A stretch of 21,083 nt of DNA, from positions 1-21,083 of IMG/VR virus record IMGVR_UViG_2802429228_000007; one strand, 5' to 3'. Both the position numbers and the translations under genes were made by a program. This DNA comes from a virus. Taxonomy: Duplodnaviria; Heunggongvirae; Uroviricota; Caudoviricetes. The notes below the pieces were generated by a model. It ran no database searches. It was not told the origin of the DNA and saw only the letters and a list, made by a program, of their open reading frames with translations. Position 1 is the stretch's first letter. Every line of letters starts with the position of its first letter. Shown one piece after another: positions 8,196 through 14,890 of this stretch.

Positions 8196-9581
8196 TCACC
8201 AATAAATAATAACAATCCCATTAGCACCTTTCCCGGCTCTAACTCCAGTTGATAGCGTGGGTTTCAATCCCGCACCACCACCTCCTGGAGCAACCGCATC
8301 TGCAGCAATGTTTGTGGAGGTGGTGGCGGAAGCGCCGTATCCTCCTGGCCCCCCACCTGATCCACCAGGGATAGACTGAAGTAATGCTGAATTTGTCGAA
8401 TCAATAACAGCGCCAGGGGAACCTGGACCAAGTGAGGATATGTTTGTTGCTCCGACCCCTACGCCTGAAGGGCCACCGGATGGCTGCCCCCCACCACTAC
8501 CTCCCGTAGCAGACATATATGTGCCAAAAGAGGATGACCCGCCACTGCCACCGTTCGATGAGATGGTCGTTGCAGCACTTCCCCCCTGACCAACAGTAAT
8601 ACTGACGGTTGCTATTCCAGTTAAATCAACTAATCCTTCGGCGATACCACCGCCGCCACCGCCGCCACCGGAGGTGCTCGAAAGATTTCCAATCGCACCG
8701 CCTCCTCCAGCACCTATAACGCGTACAAATGCCTTTCTTCCATTCTTAAGCACATCAGGAACTTCCCAATTTGTAACTCCTACTGCACTGATATTAATAT
8801 AATTTTTTAATCCATAAGTTGAATCTGTTAAACCAAGGTATTCGAGAATAGCGGCGACATCTTTCCCTGACAGGTCTGTTAGCGTCTTATCCAGCGGCTG
8901 CTTATTCGCCAGTTCCCCGGATACAAGGGCGGCAATAACCGCCCGCACAAACTCCGCTGTAGCAACTTGTGTATCATTTGCTACGACCGGCGGCGTGGGT
9001 GCTCTTGGCTTGCCGGTAAAGGTCGGGCTGTCCTTTGTCGCATATTGTGAATGCGGGTCAGCCGCCGCAAGGTGCTTAGACATCAAGTCATCGACATACA
9101 GTTTCAGCTCAATTGCCTTGTCATCGGCATATTTTCGGGTTGCCAGAACGACTGACGGGTCGATTTTCAGGGTGATTGCCGACGTGCTCGACACAATCAG
9201 AATCATGCGAATGGTCTGCGTGCGGCCGCTTCCCTCCTGCAGTTGCGGCTTGTAGGTCTCCGGGCAGTTCGCCACGGCAATCAGGATGCCGTCTGTATCG
9301 TAGAGGCCAATCTCGCGGATCCAGAAACCGCCCTCATTCTCGGGAATAATCTGTTCCGCGATAATCTGACTGGTATTGGCCGGGTCAACAGTCAGCTGGT
9401 TCAGCGGCGCGATGCGCTTCTGGTTAATGAGCTTGGTCTGCGCCGGGTCAGGGGTCGGCAACGTACCATTCGCATCACCGACGGCCATCTGCGTCAGGTT
9501 GAGTTTGGTACCGAGTGCCGCCGCGTTCGCCAGCCGCGCCGCGCCCTGATTGGTCAGAATGGCAAAATATTTTGCGGTCAT
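8196..9581 (-). CDS. H: Tail fibre protein gpH-like with a glycine-rich C-terminal domain
   Basis: 461-aa ORF. The N-terminal 270 aa or so match the conserved gpH N-terminus (ATG at 9581 overlaps the I stop). The C-terminal 180 aa or so are Gly-rich low complexity (GAGGGGAIG, SGGGGGGGG, GGSGGS, GGSGGGQPSGGPSG, GGSGGGPGGYG, APGGGGAG) ending GIVIIYW. Confidence 0.85.
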   Translation of the reverse strand: MTAKYFAILTNQGAARLANAAALGTKLNLTQMAVGDANGTLPTPDPAQTKLINQKRIAPLNQLTVDPANTSQIIAEQIIPENEGGFWIREIGLYDTDGILIAVANCPETYKPQLQEGSGRTQTIRMILIVSSTSAITLKIDPSVVLATRKYADDKAIELKLYVDDLMSKHLAAADPHSQYATKDSPTFTGKPRAPTPPVVANDTQVATAEFVRAVIAALVSGELANKQPLDKTLTDLSGKDVAAILEYLGLTDSTYGLKNYINISAVGVTNWEVPDVLKNGRKAFVRVIGAGGGGAIGNLSSTSGGGGGGGGIAEGLVDLTGIATVSITVGQGGSAATTISSNGGSGGSSSFGTYMSATGGSGGGQPSGGPSGVGVGATNISSLGPGSPGAVIDSTNSALLQSIPGGSGGGPGGYGASATTSTNIAADAVAPGGGGAGLKPTLSTGVRAGKGANGIVIIYW

Positions 9582-10186
9582 GCGTTTACTCTCAGGTTAT
9601 CAATCAAATGGATGGCCGAGGCCGGGTAATATTCACCGCCGACGACAATCTCCTCGGGGGTGTAGGGGTAAACAGTCAGTGCGTCGCCGTGATAGCATCC
9701 CGCGCCGACATACAGTTCGCCGGTCGAGCTCAGACTGATAGCCAGCCCGGTCAGGTGGCGACTTGCCGGTTTGGCGTCTTCAATCAGGCGCTCAAGCTCC
9801 TGATACATTTCGTCAGTGATGCCGCTGTCGAGGACGCCAACAACGAGGCGGAATGTGCCTGGCTCCTCGTCGAGTTGCCACCACTCGCGCACCTCAATCA
9901 GAAAGCCGAGCGGCTCGACGACCCGACGCAATGCGCTGATGGTGCCTTTGTGCTGATGGACGAAAAACGAGGACGCGCAGACGCTGCGCTTTGTCGCCTC
10001 CGGCCATTTCTCATCCCACCTGTCGACCGACAGCGCCCACGCCAGATACGGCAGCAGCTTTACCGGGCAGGTGCGCCAGTTCCACAGGGTGCGCAGCGGT
10101 ACCGGCACGCGCTGAATCTCAGAGAACGCAGCGGCGGCGGCGACCTCCAGCGGCGACGAGCCAACGGGTAATAGCCGGTCATTCAT
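9578..10186 (-). CDS. I: Baseplate/tail protein gpI
   Basis: 202-aa ORF between J and H in the conserved V-W-J-I-H order; overlaps J (8 nt) and H (4 nt). Confidence 0.85.
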   Translation of the reverse strand: MNDRLLPVGSSPLEVAAAAAFSEIQRVPVPLRTLWNWRTCPVKLLPYLAWALSVDRWDEKWPEATKRSVCASSFFVHQHKGTISALRRVVEPLGFLIEVREWWQLDEEPGTFRLVVGVLDSGITDEMYQELERLIEDAKPASRHLTGLAISLSSTGELYVGAGCYHGDALTVYPYTPEEIVVGGEYYPASAIHLIDNLRVNA

Positions 10187-11087
10187 CCGAGCCCCCGATA
10201 GTTATCTGGTACTCGGTACAGTTCGACGCCTGCGACTTACTCAGCACTATGTCGGCCTGCGGTGATGTCAGCTCGACACGCTGCACCCCCTCAACATGCA
10301 GCGCCGCATAAATGGCTGACAGACGGATATCACGCCCGAGGCGGTGCTGCGCGCTGATGTAGCTCTGCAGCTTCTGCTCTGACGCCTGCCTGATGGGTTC
10401 AGATTCGGGGCCGGGGTAAACGTAGATCGTCGCGTCAATCTGGTACGGTACAATCTCGGCTGACTGGACGGTCACCCGGTCAGCCACCGGGCGCACATCT
10501 TCGGCGTTCAGCGCTTTATCAACAATCGCCAGTAGCTCAGGGCTGGCAGTGCCGTCACCCTCACGCGATAGCACGGTAATCGTCACGCAGGCTGGCGACG
10601 GGCTGGCGACCGAAACGTCAGCGACCCGCCCGTCGGCGCTGCGACCGTGATACTCATATGCACCGACCGGACCCGCCACGCTCAATCCCTCAAACGCCTG
10701 TTGCGTGCGCAGTCGCAGGTCGGTATCAGATTCCATAACGGCAGGTATCGGCGGGATGGTGGTATCATCCGCCGGGGTGATGGTCAGGCGTTCGGTATTA
10801 TTGTTCCCGGCTACGACGTCGAGGTCGTTACCGGCGGAGTAGGCCAGCGTCACCGCCTGCGTGGCTTCGTTCACCCGCTGACGCCAGATAACTTCACGGT
10901 AGGCGTTTTCCTGCAGCAGCTTAACAACCGGCTCTGACTCAAGTGTGAGCGTCCGGGCAATGGCCTCCTGCTGGTCTTCTGGATAGAGCGATATCAGCGT
11001 CGCTTTGCGTTCCGCAAGGATGGTTTCATAGTCCAGTTCCTCAACCACATCGGGAACGGGTAACTGACTCAGGTCAACGGTTGCCAT
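10179..11087 (-). CDS. J: Baseplate assembly protein gpJ
   Basis: 302-aa ORF (MATVDLSQLPVPDVVEELDYETILAERKA...) downstream of W. Size and N-terminal sequence are typical of gpJ. Confidence 0.9.
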   Translation of the reverse strand: MATVDLSQLPVPDVVEELDYETILAERKATLISLYPEDQQEAIARTLTLESEPVVKLLQENAYREVIWRQRVNEATQAVTLAYSAGNDLDVVAGNNNTERLTITPADDTTIPPIPAVMESDTDLRLRTQQAFEGLSVAGPVGAYEYHGRSADGRVADVSVASPSPACVTITVLSREGDGTASPELLAIVDKALNAEDVRPVADRVTVQSAEIVPYQIDATIYVYPGPESEPIRQASEQKLQSYISAQHRLGRDIRLSAIYAALHVEGVQRVELTSPQADIVLSKSQASNCTEYQITIGGSDE

Positions 11088-11093
11088 AGTTAT

Positions 11094-11441
11094 TTAACTC
11101 AGTGAAACAGTGGTTGAAACTGACGCACCGGTATCGGTACGCATCCCGGTAATATCGACATACATCTCGCCAGCGTCGCCGGCCTCAAAGCTGATGGATG
11201 TAAGCCTGATGCGCGGCTCCCACTTCTGGATAGCCGAATAGCACGCCACCATAATTTGCAGCCTGAGCGCCGGGTTTTGCGGCATATCAATCAGCGCCGA
11301 CAGAAGCGAGCCATATTCACGACGCATCACCCGCGAGCCGACCGGCGTCAGCAGAATATCGCGCATGCTCTGGCTGATATGCTCGGTATCGCTGATGCCA
11401 AGGCCGGTATTTCGGTTCATCCCCTGATAGCGCGCCGTCAT
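11094..11441 (-). CDS. W: Baseplate assembly protein gpW (gp25/GPW family)
   Basis: 115-aa ORF. Overlaps the V stop in an ATGA arrangement. Size and position match gpW. Confidence 0.9.
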   Translation of the reverse strand: MTARYQGMNRNTGLGISDTEHISQSMRDILLTPVGSRVMRREYGSLLSALIDMPQNPALRLQIMVACYSAIQKWEPRIRLTSISFEAGDAGEMYVDITGMRTDTGASVSTTVSLS

Positions 11442-12073
11442 AACGGTGCCCCCGTTTGCCCGCCGCTGTCGCCCGGGTGTTTATGGGTGTGGAGTACCTT
11501 GCCATTAGACGACAGTGACCCGCCGGTATGTTCGATATTGCCGCTCATCTTGCCGCCTTTCTGCACCTCAAGCGTCGCCGTCGTTAGCTTATTGGTGCAA
11601 ATCACCTCCGGGGTGTCGAGGGTGATACTGGTCGAGGCTTTCACCAGTACCAGCGGTACGGTTGCGGTGATGGACTCCGATGCCGTCACGTCGGCCGTTT
11701 TTATGCCGCTGACCGTCAGCGCGCCGGTTTCGGGCTCGTACTCAATGACCGCACCATCAGGGAAAGCCACATGCCACGCATCCGCCGAGGCAGACGGGGC
11801 GGGGTTATCGTCGGAGAAAATACCCGGCAGCACGAAAGCGGTATCAAGCTCGCCACCGATTGCCAGCAGCAGAACCTGCTCACCGACCGAGGGAGCCCAC
11901 CACGTCCGCGAACGACCGGCTCGGGTGGTCAGCCAGTTCAGCCAAGTGGTTTGCATCCCCCCGGTCTGGATACGACATAGCCCCTCCTTGAGGTCTACGT
12001 CGCTAACGATGCCGGTACGGATGAGATTTCGGATCGCGCGTGCGATTTCTTGCAAAGAATTTAGATTTTTCAT
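11438..12073 (-). CDS. V: Baseplate spike protein gpV
   Basis: 211-aa ORF, ATG at 12073. C-terminal HTHKHPGDSGGQTGAP motif is typical of gpV-type spikes. First gene of the V-W-J-I-H block. Confidence 0.9.
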   Translation of the reverse strand: MKNLNSLQEIARAIRNLIRTGIVSDVDLKEGLCRIQTGGMQTTWLNWLTTRAGRSRTWWAPSVGEQVLLLAIGGELDTAFVLPGIFSDDNPAPSASADAWHVAFPDGAVIEYEPETGALTVSGIKTADVTASESITATVPLVLVKASTSITLDTPEVICTNKLTTATLEVQKGGKMSGNIEHTGGSLSSNGKVLHTHKHPGDSGGQTGAPL

Positions 12074-12204
12074 ATGGGAAGGATGACGCCCGGCAAGATT
12101 AGTGGCAATCGAGATGGATTCTGTGAGGAATGAAACAACTTCTGAGAGGTCTACTCAACATCTATGAAATCTTGTGAGAATTAATTAGAATAGCCAAGTT
12201 GAAT

Positions 12205-12771
12205 ATGCAATTACCCTGGCTCACAGTAAAAAATGAAGGTGTTTGGCAAATGACTGAAAGAAAAAAAACCTTAGGCGATGATGAGGTTGTGCCTTATTTT
12301 AATAACGATTGTGAACAAATAAAATTCGAATTTGCTTATTTAATAGTTCTTTTTGTAATAGGTTGCATTCTCGCCTTTCTTTTCCAATTTGTTTTTGAGC
12401 TGTCATATAATAATAAAATATCTTTGTTTTCTATTCTTGGCGGCTTTTTTGGAGGGTGGGTGTATAATGCAAAATGGTTTTATAGAGTAACTGCTAGAGG
12501 GAAAAACAATCAGTATAATTTTCCTTGGGAATCCCATAAGTTCTACTGGAGGATTTTTATTCCGTTCTTAGCTGCTTTAGTGGCTTTTTGTTCTTATACG
12601 ATATTATCTCCGGATACGTTTGTATCCTCCATTAAAGGGCATGGTAAGACCAAAATTGCATTCTCGATTTGTTTTATATTAGGATATTTTTCAGACTTAG
12701 TTCTAAGCCGACTCGCATCTTGGGCTGAAAAATTGCTCCCTAAAAAACCAGGAGACAATAAACGTGAATAA
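12205..12771 (+). CDS. Predicted 4-TM inner-membrane protein, unknown function (cargo cassette gene 1)
   Basis: AT-rich ORF on the opposite strand to the flanking tail genes. Four hydrophobic segments (FAYLIVLFVIGCILAFLFQFVF, ISLFSILGGFFGGWVY, IFIPFLAALVAFCSYTIL, IAFSICFILGYFSDLVL) and a K/R-rich C-terminus. Start uncertain: TTG 12199, ATG 12205, or ATG 12250 preceded by an AAGGTG Shine-Dalgarno-like sequence. Stop overlaps the next gene's GTG start by 8 nt. Confidence 0.6.
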   Translation: MQLPWLTVKNEGVWQMTERKKTLGDDEVVPYFNNDCEQIKFEFAYLIVLFVIGCILAFLFQFVFELSYNNKISLFSILGGFFGGWVYNAKWFYRVTARGKNNQYNFPWESHKFYWRIFIPFLAALVAFCSYTILSPDTFVSSIKGHGKTKIAFSICFILGYFSDLVLSRLASWAEKLLPKKPGDNKRE

Positions 12772-13408
12772 TTCTTGTAATTCGTTCTGTGGAATATGCG
12801 ATGAAATAAATGGCATTAGCCTTATCAAAGGATACGATGAAATCGTAAATGACAAGAAAAATATCATTGCAGAAACAAATGATTTTCTAATTGTACCTAG
12901 TATTGGCCCGCTAAATAATTCGCATGTGATGCTGATTCCTAAGCGGCATATCAACTCCTTTGCTGCTCTTGATCGAGATACCCGGAGTAATGGCAAGGAG
13001 ATTCTGCGAGAACTTAATGAATTTATAATCCACCAATCTGGTAGATCTCTAATTTTCTTTGAAAGCGGAGCAGGTGAAAATATAGATCGTTCAGGAGGGT
13101 GCATTTCTCACGCTCATATACACTGTGTTTATTATACACAAGAGTTTGAAAATGCTCTAAATAAAGAAATTAACTTTAAGAAAATTGAAGGTGAGAATTT
13201 AAGTTTTGACATTAAAAATGGATATGTGTGGTATATGAGTAATAGTTATGATGAATTTTTATGCAACAAACCACTCTTACCATCTCAGTTCCTTAGATAT
13301 CTTTATTCTAATGCAAATTTGATACATGGCAATTGGAATTGGCGCAGAGATAACAACATCAGCGGTGTTCTAGAGGTTATTGATAATTACGCAGATTTCA
13401 AACTATAA
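12764..13408 (+). CDS. HIT-like (histidine triad) nucleotide hydrolase/transferase superfamily protein with a C-terminal extension of unknown function (cargo cassette gene 2)
   Basis: 214-aa ORF, GTG start 7 nt after an AGGAG Shine-Dalgarno. N-terminal CxxC (FCGICDE). HVMLIPKRHI segment resembles the Fhit/Hint H.L..P..H core. Histidine-triad motif HAHIHCV (H-x-H-x-H-x-x) preceded by SGGC. About 85 further C-terminal residues with no recognisable motif. AT-rich. Confidence 0.6.
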   Translation: MNNSCNSFCGICDEINGISLIKGYDEIVNDKKNIIAETNDFLIVPSIGPLNNSHVMLIPKRHINSFAALDRDTRSNGKEILRELNEFIIHQSGRSLIFFESGAGENIDRSGGCISHAHIHCVYYTQEFENALNKEINFKKIEGENLSFDIKNGYVWYMSNSYDEFLCNKPLLPSQFLRYLYSNANLIHGNWNWRRDNNISGVLEVIDNYADFKL

Positions 13409-13413
13409 AATCA

Positions 13414-13434
13414 AGGCTGGTGTTTATCCAGCCT
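13414..13434. terminator. Stem-loop between convergent HIT-like gene and gpS (probable terminator of the R-S late operon, possibly bidirectional)
   Basis: 7-bp perfect stem AGGCTGG (13414-13420) / CCAGCCT (13428-13434) with a 7-nt loop. On the minus strand it is followed by UGAUUUUAUAGU. It sits 5 nt after the HIT-like stop and 28 nt after the S stop. Confidence 0.5.
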
Positions 13435-13462
13435 CATCACAAAATAATATATTAGATCATAA

Positions 13463-13909
13463 TTAATCCAAAGCCCCAATTATTAACCGCTCAATAATTC
13501 TCATATCTATACTATTGAAACCGAGCAACGGGCGCGCCTCGTACTGCACATCCCGGCTGTTACGGTTTGGCCGGTCTTTGAGGCCGTACTGATGAACCCG
13601 CGCCATGCGCTGCACCTTGCCGGTAAACTCCACCACCGCCGCACTGTCGCTGCCTTTGGCTTTCATAAAGCGACTGGTGCGCAGTTTGGCGAACATTTCA
13701 CGTTTAATCCGACCTTTCTTGCTCCGCACCGGCTGGCGCTTTCGTGCCGCATACGGGGTGCCGTCGGGTGCCTGCTGGCGCTTGATACGCTGTTGCTGAC
13801 TGGTACGCAGCTTTTTCGCAATCTCAGCCGCCATTTGCCGACGTGCCGCCGGTGACAGGCTGGCAATCAGACCTGCAAGGCGTTCCTGCAGCGCGGTTAA
13901 TTCACTCAT
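13463..13909 (-). CDS. S: Tail completion protein gpS
   Basis: 148-aa basic ORF overlapping the R stop by 8 nt; conserved R-S pairing upstream of the baseplate block. Confidence 0.85.
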   Translation of the reverse strand: MSELTALQERLAGLIASLSPAARRQMAAEIAKKLRTSQQQRIKRQQAPDGTPYAARKRQPVRSKKGRIKREMFAKLRTSRFMKAKGSDSAAVVEFTGKVQRMARVHQYGLKDRPNRNSRDVQYEARPLLGFNSIDMRIIERLIIGALD

Positions 13910-14378
13910 CCCACTTACTCACCAGTTCGCCGTTAACGTACAGCTCGACCGGGCGCGTCACCGGCTCAGGCAGTGGCGGCTCAGGGGCATAGCTGACGTG
14001 CAGCGCGCCGTCGACCTCTTTGACGAGCGTGCGCTCGGTGAGCCTCAGGCTGATACTGATATCGAGCGAATCGTCGTTATTGATATCAATAATCCAGGTG
14101 AATCCTTTTTCCCGCCCGTCGTCGGTGGTCATAATGTCCGGCTGATGTTCACGCAGCCACGCCTGCACCGGCACGAATATCAAATCAAGGTCACCGGTGA
14201 AGTCGGTCACCACCACGTTAAGCACGTACACCTTTTCAAACGACAGCGAGCTCGCCAGTCGGGAATCGGTATGGCCGTTGTCGGCAAAAAGGCGCAGCAT
14301 ATCGGGATTATTTCGGAGCTGCGGCACGGCGTTAATCAGCGCTTTGCGCAGGCTTTTGTGCTTCTGCATCGAGTTCAT
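13902..14378 (-). CDS. R: Tail completion protein gpR
   Basis: 158-aa ORF immediately downstream of the spanin genes; position and size match gpR. Confidence 0.85.
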   Translation of the reverse strand: MNSMQKHKSLRKALINAVPQLRNNPDMLRLFADNGHTDSRLASSLSFEKVYVLNVVVTDFTGDLDLIFVPVQAWLREHQPDIMTTDDGREKGFTWIIDINNDDSLDISISLRLTERTLVKEVDGALHVSYAPEPPLPEPVTRPVELYVNGELVSKWDE

Positions 14379-14622
14379 CCTGACAGTGTTTGACGGTTTT
14401 AACCTGCAGCGCGCAGGCGGTCAGCGCGCCCTCAAGACGGCGGATATCTGCGCTCAGGTCACCATTGGTTTTCGGGTCACTTCCCGGCATCGGACAAAGG
14501 CTCACCCTCGGGCATCCGCTGACCACAATCACCGGCACTGGCGCAGGCGGTGCGGGTGTGCAGCCGACGCACAACATCAGGCAAAGCAGCGTTATACCAG
14601 CGGCGAAAGGCTTCATTTTCAT
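14332..14622 (-). CDS. lysC: o-spanin (Rz1-like outer-membrane lipoprotein), LysC equivalent
   Basis: 96-aa ORF starting inside lysB in another frame, with a GAGG Shine-Dalgarno 8 nt upstream of ATG 14622. Signal peptide with lipobox-like LCVGC followed by the proline-rich stretch TPAPPAPVPV, typical of Rz1/o-spanins. Extends past the lysB stop into R. Confidence 0.7.
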   Translation of the reverse strand: MKMKPFAAGITLLCLMLCVGCTPAPPAPVPVIVVSGCPRVSLCPMPGSDPKTNGDLSADIRRLEGALTACALQVKTVKHCQDELDAEAQKPAQSAD

Positions 14623-14890
14623 TAAGTAACCTCGTTATCGTCTGCTCACGGCGGCTGGCCTCTGCGCTGGCCTTTGCGAGCTGTTCGCGCAGTTCCACCT
14701 GCGCGGATTCATTACGTCGGGCAAGCTGACCGGCAACACTGAGCTGATTTTTCAGCATGCCAATCGTCGTCTTTTGTTCGCTTGCGACGCGGTTTGCCGT
14801 CTCAAAGGAGCGGGATAAATTGCCGTTCTCATGGCGCAACCACAGCAGCCCGAGCACGGCCAGCACCAGCAGCGTTATCAGGATTTTCAT
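14477..14890 (-). CDS. lysB: i-spanin (Rz-like), LysB equivalent
   Basis: ATG at 14890 (MKILITLLVLAVLGLLWL...): N-terminal TM helix followed by a coiled-coil-like periplasmic domain, 137 aa. In this sequence the reading frame is continuous upstream with the truncated gene A. Confidence 0.75.
   Translation of the reverse strand: MKILITLLVLAVLGLLWLRHENGNLSRSFETANRVASEQKTTIGMLKNQLSVAGQLARRNESAQVELREQLAKASAEASRREQTITRLLNENEAFRRWYNAALPDVVRRLHTRTACASAGDCGQRMPEGEPLSDAGK

Noticed and set aside
8280-8720. Tandem-looking GGTGG/CCACC DNA repeats, considered as a possible repeat array or CRISPR-like feature
   Set aside because: The repeats are irregular and fall entirely inside the tail-fibre coding frame, where they encode the Gly-rich domain. 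There are no regular repeat-spacer units.
12122-12137. Dyad TGT-N10-ACA upstream of gpV, considered as an Ogr/Delta-type late promoter element
   Set aside because: The consensus I recall for P2/186 late promoters is TGT-N12-ACA centred near -55. This dyad has 10-bp spacing and lies too close to the V start codon, so I do not call it a late promoter.
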